This document shows, one piece after another, positions 1 through 8,117 of a stretch of 64,000 nucleotides of DNA. Positions within the stretch are counted from its first letter, which is position 1. Each line of letters starts with the position of its first letter. The position numbers were made by a program, and so were the translations under genes. The notes under the pieces are model-generated. The model had not been told where the DNA came from. It worked only from the letters and a program-made list of their open reading frames with translations, and searched no databases. Source of the stretch: Planctomycetota bacterium (GTDB lineage: Bacteria > Planctomycetota > PLA2 > JAEUHO01); NCBI GenBank assembly GCA_050248855.1, contig JBFWRP010000006.1, forward strand, positions 64,001 to 128,000, given 5' to 3'.

Positions 1-519
1 GGGACGTTCGAGGACGAACACCGGCTGCTCGCCGCCACGTCCGCCGTCCGGGAGCAGGGCTACGAGGTCGAGGACGTCTTCACGCCGTATCCCGTCCACG
101 GGCTGCCCGAGGCCATGGGACTCGAGCCTTCGCGCCTGGGCGTCGTCTGCTTCGTCATGGGTGCCGTCGGGTGTGCCTTGGCGCTCGCCTTCCAGTACTG
201 GACGTCGGCGACGGACTGGCCGATCAACGTCGGGGGCAAGCCGTTTGACTCGTTGCCCGCCTTCGTGCCGATTGCGTTCGAGATCACGATCCTCTTCGCG
301 GGGCTTGGCGTCGTCGTGGCCCTGTTCCTGCGCTGCCGGCTCGGACCCGGAGCTTCGTCCTTCCAGCCGGACCCCCGCGTGACGGACGACCGCTTCGTGC
401 TCGTCGTGCGCTTGGAGGGCGCGACCCACACGGCTGCGGAGTGCCAGAGGCTCCTGGAAGCGTACGGAGCCGTACGGACCGAAGACCGCCTCGAGGAGCT
501 GATCACATGGCCTCGCTGA
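1..519 (+). CDS. actD: Alternative complex III subunit D (DUF3341), 5' truncated by window edge
   Basis: Frame from base 1 reads GTFEDEHRLL...DVFTPYPVHGL..AMG...FQYW....DWPINVGGKP..SLPAFVPIAFEITILFA, the typical DUF3341 motifs; it lies upstream of ActE/ActF-like genes. Confidence 0.85.
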   Translation, partial: GTFEDEHRLLAATSAVREQGYEVEDVFTPYPVHGLPEAMGLEPSRLGVVCFVMGAVGCALALAFQYWTSATDWPINVGGKPFDSLPAFVPIAFEITILFAGLGVVVALFLRCRLGPGASSFQPDPRVTDDRFVLVVRLEGATHTAAECQRLLEAYGAVRTEDRLEELITWPR

Positions 520-1115
520 CGCCCTGGGAAGTCACGCTGGGACTCCTTCTGGGAGGCGCGCTGGTCCTCCACGTCGTGATCGACCCGGACCTCTCCCGGC
601 GCAACGTGGAGGTGCTGCCGGACATGGCGCGCAGCCCGGCGTTCCACGCCCAGGAGCCCAACCCGTGGTTCCCCGATGGCAAGACGCTGCGGACGCCGGT
701 GACAGGCACGGTGGCGCGTGGCCGGCTCCCCCTGATGGCGGACGGGGTGCTGTTGGACGTCGAGACACCGGAGTGGGCCAAGCTGTCGCCGGAGCAGCAG
801 GCTGCCTGGGACGGGCTTGCGTCCCCTGCCGACCCCGGTGCCGGTCCGCCCGAGCGCGGACGGAACATCTTCAACCGCATCTGCGCAACGTGCCACGGAC
901 TGGACGGGCAAGGGCGCACCCCATCGACGCAACGCGGCGTGCCTCCGCCGCCGCCGCTGACCACGCCCACCGTGCAGGGCATGAGCGACGGGAGGCTGTT
1001 CCGGGTGATCACGGCGGGACAGGGCAACATGGCGTCGCACGCGAACCACGTGACAAGGGAGGAGCGATGGCAGGTCATCCGATATCTGCGCACGCTGCGC
1101 CTGTCCGGCGAGTAG
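507..1115 (+). CDS. actE: Membrane-anchored monoheme cytochrome c, ACIII ActE-like
   Basis: N-terminal hydrophobic anchor, PDM..SP...AQE and P.GTVARG motifs, CATCH heme motif, C-terminal SDG.LF.VIT.G.GNM...ERW.VI.YLR; ATG 507 overlaps the end of actD. Confidence 0.85.
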   Translation: MASLTPWEVTLGLLLGGALVLHVVIDPDLSRRNVEVLPDMARSPAFHAQEPNPWFPDGKTLRTPVTGTVARGRLPLMADGVLLDVETPEWAKLSPEQQAAWDGLASPADPGAGPPERGRNIFNRICATCHGLDGQGRTPSTQRGVPPPPPLTTPTVQGMSDGRLFRVITAGQGNMASHANHVTREERWQVIRYLRTLRLSGE

Positions 1116-2281
1116 GCGGCCCCGCCGAGGACGTCGCGGCCCCGGGCCGTCGGCTCCTCCACGTTGCCGCAGCTGCGGCGGTGGTACTGGCCCTCGGGTG
1201 GGTCGTCGACCGTACGGCAGCAGGGGCGGCCGTGCTCGTCGCCACGCAAGTGGCGCTGGGCGTGGCGGTGGGGGCGGCGGTCGTGCTCGTGCTGGCCTAC
1301 GTGACGCGCGCTGGCTGGCTGGCGGCCGTCCGCCGTGCCCCCGAGGCCCTCATGATGTCCCTGCCCGTCCTGGCACCCGTCGTGCTGGTCGGCCTGGTGC
1401 TGGCCGTGCCGCTCTACCTCTGGACCGATGCGCACCTGGTGGCCCACGACGAGCTGCTCGCCCGCAAGTCGGGCTGGCTGAACGTCCCCGCGTTCCTGCT
1501 GAGGGCGGTGGTGATCCTGGCACTCTGGACGTGGTTGGCGACCCGCCTGCGGCGCCTTTCCCTCGCGCAAGATGACGGTCGCGCCGCGCCGGACGACGGC
1601 CGTGCCCTGCGCTGGTCGGCGGCGTTCCTCGCCGTTCTCGCCGTGACCTGGTCGGTGGCCAGCTTCGACTGGCTCATGTCGCTGCAACCCCATTGGTTCA
1701 GCACCATGTACGCCTGGGCCGGCTTGTCGGGTTCGATCGTCAGCGCTCTCGCCGCGACGACCCTCCTGGTGCTGTTCCTCGAGCGTAGCGGGCCCTTCCG
1801 CGGGATCCTCACCGAGCGGCATCGTCACGATCTCGGCAAGCTGCTGTTCGGGTTCTCGACGTTCTGGGCCTACCTGTGGTTCTGCCAGTACATGCTGATC
1901 TGGTACTCCCACATTCCCGAGGAGACGTCGTACTACGTCATCCGGACGTCGTCGACGTGGAGACCCCAGGTGTTTGCCTGTCTGGCGCTTGGCTGGGGCA
2001 TCCCCTTCCTCGGGTTGATGACGCGTCGTGCCAAGATCTCACGGCCCCGACTGGTGCTGATGTCGATCGCCTTGCTGCTCGGTCGCTGGCTGGACGTCCA
2101 TCTGATGGTCGCTCCCGCGGTGGGCTCGCCCCACTCGATCCTGTGGCAAGTGCCCGCGCTGATCGGGATGTTCGCGCTGCTCGTCTGGGCGTCACGTGCG
2201 GCGTTCGCGCGTGCCCCTCGGGTGCCCGTGGGCGATCCCTACCTGGTCGAGAGTCTTTCTCCCGAGGAGATTCCGGAATGA
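1067..2281 (+). CDS. actF: ACIII ActF-like (NrfD-family) polytopic membrane subunit; start codon uncertain
   Basis: K..WLN.P.F..R, SFDWLMSLQPHWFSTMY and HDLGKLLFGFSTFWAYLWFCQYMLIWYSHIPEET are ActF motifs; many TM segments. Start placed at ATG 1067 (GGAG just upstream). Confidence 0.8.
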   Translation: MAGHPISAHAAPVRRVGGPAEDVAAPGRRLLHVAAAAAVVLALGWVVDRTAAGAAVLVATQVALGVAVGAAVVLVLAYVTRAGWLAAVRRAPEALMMSLPVLAPVVLVGLVLAVPLYLWTDAHLVAHDELLARKSGWLNVPAFLLRAVVILALWTWLATRLRRLSLAQDDGRAAPDDGRALRWSAAFLAVLAVTWSVASFDWLMSLQPHWFSTMYAWAGLSGSIVSALAATTLLVLFLERSGPFRGILTERHRHDLGKLLFGFSTFWAYLWFCQYMLIWYSHIPEETSYYVIRTSSTWRPQVFACLALGWGIPFLGLMTRRAKISRPRLVLMSIALLLGRWLDVHLMVAPAVGSPHSILWQVPALIGMFALLVWASRAAFARAPRVPVGDPYLVESLSPEEIPE

Positions 2282-3054
2282 CATCACGTGCTTGGTGCCT
2301 CCTGCTTGCGGTCTTCCTGGGCCTGATCCACACGTCGGGCGCCTCCTTCGCCGAGGAGCCGCCGCGCGAGGCCTGGACGGGCTCGTCGACGGTCGGCGAG
2401 GTCGTCGCCCGCCGACCCGCGACGGCCCGCATCTTCGAGCTGGTCGGAATCGACTACTGCTGTGGCGGGGAGACCACGCTGACGGCCGCCGCCGAGGCAG
2501 CGGGCGTTGATCCCGTGCGCCTCCTGGCCGCCCTGGCCGTCGTCGGGCAGGGTGCCTCGTCAACCGCCGAGTCCGACTGGACCCGGAAGTCCTCGCGCGA
2601 GATCGTGAAGCACATACTCGACACGCATCACGCCTTCCTCCGGCGCGAGCTCCCGCGGATCGCGCACATGGCGGCCCGTGCGGCGCGCGTCCACGGCGAG
2701 CAGCATCCCGAGATCCGGGAGATCGACACCGCCTTCCAAGCGCTCTCCCGCGAGCTCATGGACCATCTGGCTCTGGAGGAGGAGCACGTCTTCCCCGCGC
2801 TCCTCCGACTGGGGGAGGGCGTCCGCGCCGATGACGCGACCGCGGCCCGCCTGGCTACGCTCGACCAAGACCATGCGCGAGCCGGCGAGGTGCTGCACAA
2901 GCTGCGCAAGCTCGCGGCGGACTACGTCGCTCCGGAATGGGCCTGTCCGCTCGTGCGGGAGCTCTTCCGCGCCTTGCAGGCGTTCGAACAGGACATGCAC
3001 CGTCACGTGCATCTGGAGAACAGCGTGCTCCTGCCGCGCCATCTGCCTCGGTAG
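2278..3054 (+). CDS. ric: Iron-sulfur cluster repair / hemerythrin-like di-iron protein (RIC/YtfE/ScdA) with N-terminal signal-peptide-like extension
   Basis: IDYCCGG (ScdA_N), HHAFLRRELP, H...EE..FP and HVHLEN di-iron ligands; ATGA overlap with the actF stop. Confidence 0.9.
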   Translation: MTSRAWCLLLAVFLGLIHTSGASFAEEPPREAWTGSSTVGEVVARRPATARIFELVGIDYCCGGETTLTAAAEAAGVDPVRLLAALAVVGQGASSTAESDWTRKSSREIVKHILDTHHAFLRRELPRIAHMAARAARVHGEQHPEIREIDTAFQALSRELMDHLALEEEHVFPALLRLGEGVRADDATAARLATLDQDHARAGEVLHKLRKLAADYVAPEWACPLVRELFRALQAFEQDMHRHVHLENSVLLPRHLPR

Positions 3055-3089
3055 CGGATGGGGATGCGGAGCAGGTCGTCGGAGGTCCC

Positions 3090-5453
3090 ATGGGCGCCCT
3101 TCGTTGGATCGATCAGCGCAGGCACTGGTGGAAGGTCTTCGTCGTCATCTGCGCCGTGAGCATCGCCGTCGTCGGCTACATCGGCTACAAGACCTATGAG
3201 TACGCGCCGCCCATCGCGGACTTCGTCGAGGCCACGGGTCGCGTCGTCGTGTCCAGGGAGGAGATCCTGGGCGGCCAGACGGTGTTCTTCCGCTACGCCT
3301 TGATGGACTACGGCAGCTTCCTGGGCGACGGGGGCATGCGGGGGCCGGACTTCACCGCGGAGGCTCTCGACCGCATGGCCCGGTGGATGACCGACGCCTA
3401 CGACGCCGCGTGGCGTGAGCGCATCCCCGACGAGACGCAGCGGGTGACCCTCGCCATCTCGCAGGTCCAGGAGGAGCTCAAGGAGAACCGCTACGACCGC
3501 GAGAGCGGTGTCGTGACGATCTCGCCGGCGCGAGCCGCGGCCTTCGAGAAGCTCGTCGTCTTCTACGCCCAGAAGTTCGGCACCGGTGGGAACCTGGCCG
3601 GGGAGGAAGTGTTCCACCCGCCGAGCTACATCACCGAGCCCGACGAGATCCGCCAGCTGGGCGCCTTCTTCTTCTGGGGCAGCTGGCTGTGCGCGGCTCG
3701 ACGTCCCGGGTTCGACTACAGCTACACGCACAACTGGCCCTACGACCCACGGGCAGGCAATACGCCGACCCCGGGCATCGTCCTCTGGAGCGTCGTCGGT
3801 GCGCTCGTCTTGGTCCTTTCGATGGGCGTCGTCTTCTACGTCTACGGCAAGGTCGATCGGGAAACCGTCTGGGAGGGGCAGGCCGCACGTGCGCCACCCC
3901 TGGCGACCGTCGAGCTGGTCGACGCGAACCGGCCAACGGCCACGCAACGGGCGACCTGGAAGTACTTCGCCGTGGCGGCCGCCCTCTTCGTGGTGCAGGT
4001 CTTCGCAGGCCTCGCCGCCATCAGCGACTTCACCGGGTCCTTCAAGTCGATCGGCCTGCCCGTGGACCATGTGCTGCCCGTGACCATCACGCGCGCATGG
4101 CACTCCCAGCTGTCCGTCCTGTGGATCGCCGTCTGCTGGTTCGCGGCCTCGATCTGGGTGATGCCGCTGATCAGTCACCCGGAGCCACGACATCAGCTGG
4201 CCTGGGTGAACGGCCTGTTCTGGATGCTTGTGGTCGTGGCCGCCGGGACGCTGATCGGCATTCCACTGGGCGTCCACGATCTGCTCGGAGATGCGTGGCG
4301 CTGGCTGGGGCTGCAGGGCTGGGAGTACGTCCAGATGGGTCGTGCGTTCCAGTTCGTGCTGTACGCGGCGTTCGTGGTGTGGCTCGTCATCGTCGTTCGC
4401 GGTCTGTGGCCCGTGCTGCGGCAACGTGCAACCTGGTCCCTGCCCAACTGGATGGTGTATTCGATCTGCGGGATCATCTTCATGTTCTCCGCGGGCTTCG
4501 TCGCCGGCCCGGAGACGAACTTCGTGATCGCCGATTTCTGGCGTTGGTGCACGATCCACATGTGGGTCGAGGCCTTCTTCGAGCTCTTCACCACGATACT
4601 CGTCGCCTACTTCATGTACCTGATGGGCTTCGTCAACCACGCGGTCGCTTCGCGCGTCGTGTACTTGGCGGCCATCCTCTTCCTGGGCTCGGGCCTGATC
4701 GGCATCAGCCACAACTTCTACTGGAACGCGAAGTCCATCGAGACGCTCGCACTCGGCAGCACCCTCTCGACCCTGCAGATCGTTCCGCTGATCCTCCTGA
4801 CCGTGGAGGCCTGGCGCTTCCGGCACATGCCGCAGAGCACGCTGGCACGGCTTGCGATGCGAAACGGTGTTGCCGCGTCCTTCGGCCTGCCCGAGGCGTT
4901 CCTGTTCCTGGTGGGCGTGAACTTCTGGAACTTCCTCGGGGCTGGCGTTCTGGGCTTCACGATCAACCTGCCGATCGTCAACTACTATCAGCATGGGACC
5001 TATCTCACGGCCAATCACGGGCACGCGGCCCTCTTCGGCGTGTACGGGAACCTGGCGATTGCCGCCACGCTCTTCTGCGGACGCTGGCTCGTCGATCCCG
5101 CGCACTGGAACCGCCGCCTGCTGCGCACGGCGTTCTGGTCCCTCAACATCGGGTTGCTCCTGATGGTCGTGCTGGATCTCTTCCCAGTGGGCGTCGACCA
5201 GCTTCTCGCGTCCATGACCCACGGCTACGCCTACGCCCGATCGCAGGCCTACGTCGCGAGTCCGACCTTCCAGATCTACACGTGGTTGCGAGCCGTGGGC
5301 GTGACGATTTTCGTGCTCGGCGGGGTGCTGCCCCTGGCCTGGTTCGTCGTGACGCGTGGACGCGCCCTCAAGGCCGCGCGCGCTCCCGGCGAGACCCACG
5401 CGGTGCCCGCGACCGTCTTGGCGACCGTCGGCACACCGCGTGGCGGAAGGTAG
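3090..5453 (+). CDS. nod: qNor-family heme-copper oxidoreductase with NO dismutase (Nod)-type residues
   Basis: GSFLGDGGMRGPDFTAEAL, SYTHNWPYDP..GN, RAWH, HMWVEAFFE, ISHNFYW (His-Asn, not His-His), STLQIVPL (Gln, not Glu), NHGHAALFG; GGAGG RBS before ATG 3090. The family call is certain; the dismutase function is inferred. Confidence 0.8.
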   Translation: MGALRWIDQRRHWWKVFVVICAVSIAVVGYIGYKTYEYAPPIADFVEATGRVVVSREEILGGQTVFFRYALMDYGSFLGDGGMRGPDFTAEALDRMARWMTDAYDAAWRERIPDETQRVTLAISQVQEELKENRYDRESGVVTISPARAAAFEKLVVFYAQKFGTGGNLAGEEVFHPPSYITEPDEIRQLGAFFFWGSWLCAARRPGFDYSYTHNWPYDPRAGNTPTPGIVLWSVVGALVLVLSMGVVFYVYGKVDRETVWEGQAARAPPLATVELVDANRPTATQRATWKYFAVAAALFVVQVFAGLAAISDFTGSFKSIGLPVDHVLPVTITRAWHSQLSVLWIAVCWFAASIWVMPLISHPEPRHQLAWVNGLFWMLVVVAAGTLIGIPLGVHDLLGDAWRWLGLQGWEYVQMGRAFQFVLYAAFVVWLVIVVRGLWPVLRQRATWSLPNWMVYSICGIIFMFSAGFVAGPETNFVIADFWRWCTIHMWVEAFFELFTTILVAYFMYLMGFVNHAVASRVVYLAAILFLGSGLIGISHNFYWNAKSIETLALGSTLSTLQIVPLILLTVEAWRFRHMPQSTLARLAMRNGVAASFGLPEAFLFLVGVNFWNFLGAGVLGFTINLPIVNYYQHGTYLTANHGHAALFGVYGNLAIAATLFCGRWLVDPAHWNRRLLRTAFWSLNIGLLLMVVLDLFPVGVDQLLASMTHGYAYARSQAYVASPTFQIYTWLRAVGVTIFVLGGVLPLAWFVVTRGRALKAARAPGETHAVPATVLATVGTPRGGR

Positions 5454-5539
5454 GTGGACATGCACGGGAGCTGGCGCGAGTACGCTTCGGGTTGGACTTC
5501 GACGGGGTGCGGCCAGGGGCGGCGGCGGAGGAAGCCGTG

Positions 5540-6004
5540 ATGAAGCTCAAACGGATGCTCAAGCGCGCGTTCTGGGGTGGCATCGTGCTGCTGGGTTTGA
5601 TCCAGCTCGTGCCCTACGGTCGCGAGCACACGAATCCCGCCGTGCGCTCGGAGCCCGCGTGGAGCAGCCCGCGCGTTCGCGAGCTGGCCAAGCGCGCTTG
5701 CTTCGACTGCCACAGCAACGAGACCTCGTGGCCGTGGTACTCGCACGTGGCGCCCATGTCATGGCTGGTCCAGCACGATGTCGACGACGGGCGGAAGCAC
5801 CTGAACTTCTCGGAGTTCGATGGACCGCAGCGGCATGCGGACGACTGCGCCGAGCAGGTCGAGGCGGGAAGCATGCCACCCTGGTTCTACCTGCCGACGC
5901 ATCCGGAGGCCCGGTTGAGCGACGCCGAGAGGGAGGTGCTGATCACGGGCTTCCGCCTCATGTTCCCCAAAGGCCGCAGCCGCGGTGATCGCGACGACGA
6001 CTGA
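5540..6004 (+). CDS. Haem_bd-family c-type cytochrome
   Basis: N-terminal anchor, IQLVP...TNP, RACFDCHSNET.WPWYSHVAP.SWLV..DV..GR..LNFSE, MPP..Y...HP.A.LS. Confidence 0.85.
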   Translation: MKLKRMLKRAFWGGIVLLGLIQLVPYGREHTNPAVRSEPAWSSPRVRELAKRACFDCHSNETSWPWYSHVAPMSWLVQHDVDDGRKHLNFSEFDGPQRHADDCAEQVEAGSMPPWFYLPTHPEARLSDAEREVLITGFRLMFPKGRSRGDRDDD

Positions 6005-6058
6005 CGGGAGCCGCGGCCGTGCCTACCTCCTGCGCCGGCGGGCGGCGGCACGGGGGCT

Positions 6059-7123
6059 TCAGGGGATCATGACCGGACGGCGTTTGAGGCGGTGTTGGTG
6101 CAGCGCCTCGAACGTCTCGTTCAGCTCGGCCATCGGCCGTGCCTCGATGAAGGGCGCCAGCTGGACGCGCCCGCCCAGCACGTGCTCCACCACCGCGGGG
6201 TAGTGCTCGGGGAGGCAGCCCCACGTGCCGCGGGCCGTCGCGTCGAACGCCATCAGGTTGCTGAGGCGGATGCTGACCTTCTCGCGCGTGTAGCCCACGA
6301 CGGCCAGGTGGGCGTCGTAGCCCAGGAGCTCGTACGCGAGCTCCTGGCCCGCGGGATGGCCGGATGTCTCGAAGATCTTCCAGCCGGTGGGGGGCAGTCC
6401 TTGCCCCTTGGCCCACTCACGCACCTGCTTCTTGACAGCGCGGATGTCTCCCGTCGAGTGGATCGTGAGGTCGGCGCCGTGGTCGGCGAGGACCGCCAAG
6501 CGCGCGGCATCGACGTCGATGGCGACGACGTGCGCGCCGAGCACATGGGCGAGCTGCACGCCAAAGGTGCCGACGCCACCGGCGCCGACGAAGACGGCCA
6601 GGTCTCCGGCTGCCAAACCGGCGTTGAGGATGGCTTGGTAGGCCGTTGTGACGGCGTCGGCCAAGACGGCCAGCGAGGCGAGGCCGACGCCGGACTTGGC
6701 CAGCGCGTCCTCGTCGATCCGGCAGAGCCCCTGGCTCGGCACGACGACGTGGCTTGCGAACCCGCCGTGATCATCGTTCCCCGGGAAGAACTGCGCGGCA
6801 CACACGGCACCCCGGCCCCGCCGGCAGGCGTCGCATGCGCCGCACGGCAGCACGGCCGGGACCACGACTGCGGCCCCGAGCAGGGACTCGGCCCCTTTGC
6901 CCGCAGCCACGACCCGCCCCGAGATCTCGTGACCGAGTGTGAGGGGAAGCTCGTGCCGGGGCCGGACGCCGTCGTAGAGGAAGCCGAGATCCGTGTGGCA
7001 CACGCCGCACCCCGCGACGTCGACCAGGACGCGCCCCGGGGCCAGCGTGGAAGGATCGAGCTCGATCGTCGAGCACTCCATGGGTTGGTTGGGACCCGTC
7101 ATCTGCCAGCGCGTGAGCTCCAT
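6059..7123 (-). CDS. had: 6-hydroxycyclohex-1-ene-1-carbonyl-CoA dehydrogenase (Zn-ADH family)
   Basis: GCGVCHTDLGFLYDGVR..H.LPLTLGHEISG, structural Zn cysteines, WKIFETSG, RLSNLMAFDA..RGTWGC.PE.YP; benzoyl-CoA cluster context. Confidence 0.88.
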   Translation of the reverse strand: MELTRWQMTGPNQPMECSTIELDPSTLAPGRVLVDVAGCGVCHTDLGFLYDGVRPRHELPLTLGHEISGRVVAAGKGAESLLGAAVVVPAVLPCGACDACRRGRGAVCAAQFFPGNDDHGGFASHVVVPSQGLCRIDEDALAKSGVGLASLAVLADAVTTAYQAILNAGLAAGDLAVFVGAGGVGTFGVQLAHVLGAHVVAIDVDAARLAVLADHGADLTIHSTGDIRAVKKQVREWAKGQGLPPTGWKIFETSGHPAGQELAYELLGYDAHLAVVGYTREKVSIRLSNLMAFDATARGTWGCLPEHYPAVVEHVLGGRVQLAPFIEARPMAELNETFEALHQHRLKRRPVMIP

Positions 7124-7155
7124 GGTTCCGTTGCCCTCCCGTTCTGTCCCCACGT

Positions 7156-8010
7156 CTAGGGGACGCCGTTTCGCCTAAGGCCCTTGAGCACGAGCTCCAC
7201 GACCTGATCCACGGATCGCTGCGATGTCTGGACCACGAGATCCGCCTGGCCGTAGAGCGCATCGCGCTCCCGCACGAGGCGGCGCAGCTCCTCCATGGCG
7301 TTCTCGCGGCCTTCGATGGGTCGCGTATCGCCCTGCTCGAACACGCGCCGCCAGTAGTCCTCGGGCTCGGCGCGCAGCCAGACCGTGAAGCACATCGCGC
7401 GGAGCAGCGTCATCGCGCTGTCGTTGCCGACGACGCCGCCGGGCAGCGCCAGAACGCAAGCGAGGCCATCGGTGACGACTTCGGCGAGACAGCGGCTCTC
7501 CAGCTGCCGGAAGTACGGCTCGCCGTGGAACGCGAACAAGTCCGCGCGCGACATGCCGGCAGCCGCTTCGATGCGCTCATCCAGCTCGACGAACGGGAGC
7601 TCGAGCTCGTGGGCCACGCGCTCGCCGACGACGCTCTTGCCAGCGCCGCGAACTCCCAGCAGCGCCACCACGCCGGGACGACCGCGTCCGAGCAAGACCT
7701 CGAGCGCCCGACGCGCGTGAGCGAGCTCGTCGTCGGAGCGCCCGTCCAGGAGCCGGTCGATGGCCTCGCGCTCGGCAGACGGGCGCACCTCGCGCACGAG
7801 CTCGGCGAGGGGCACGTCCAGCGCTGCCGCGATGCCCGCGAGCCGCCCCACGGCGATGTTGCCACTGCCGCTCTCCACGTCCGCCACGAAGCGCGGGCTC
7901 AGGCCGGCCATCTCGGCGAGCTGCTTCATGGACAGGTCCAGCGCCTGGCGGCGGCGTCGCACGCGGCCGCCGATTCGGGTGAGGACCGCGGTCGGGTCGG
8001 CGTGGGGCAT
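7156..8010 (-). CDS. bzdR: BzdR/BoxR-type regulator (XRE HTH + shikimate-kinase-like benzoyl-CoA sensor)
   Basis: N-terminal HTH (LA..AGLSPRF.A.VE.G.GN), then VALLGVRGAGKS, FVELD..IE..AG, VWL.A.PE....RV..QGD.RP; RBS before the start at 8010. Confidence 0.88.
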   Translation of the reverse strand: MPHADPTAVLTRIGGRVRRRRQALDLSMKQLAEMAGLSPRFVADVESGSGNIAVGRLAGIAAALDVPLAELVREVRPSAEREAIDRLLDGRSDDELAHARRALEVLLGRGRPGVVALLGVRGAGKSVVGERVAHELELPFVELDERIEAAAGMSRADLFAFHGEPYFRQLESRCLAEVVTDGLACVLALPGGVVGNDSAMTLLRAMCFTVWLRAEPEDYWRRVFEQGDTRPIEGRENAMEELRRLVRERDALYGQADLVVQTSQRSVDQVVELVLKGLRRNGVP

Positions 8011-8031
8011 CCGGGCTCCTCCGTGCGCAAG

Positions 8032-8076
8032 ATGAACTATAATGCATATTGTCAAATCGTGTTGCATTTTCTTGCC
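8032..8076. promoter_or_regulatory. Putative BzdR/BoxR operator boxes in divergent AT-rich promoter
   Basis: ATGAACTATAATGCAT (8032-8047) and TGCA-ttttct-TGCC (8063-8076) resemble the TGCA-N6-TGCA boxes bound by BzdR; unusually AT-rich intergenic region. Confidence 0.65.
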
Positions 8077-8117
8077 GAAGGCCTTAGGCTCCCGGGACAG
8101 CGCAGCGAGGAGGCCGG

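Noticed and set aside
3090..5453. Ordinary quinol-dependent NO reductase (norZ)
   Set aside because: It lacks the His-His FeB pair (His-Asn here), the conserved Glu (Gln here) and the quinol-site residues.
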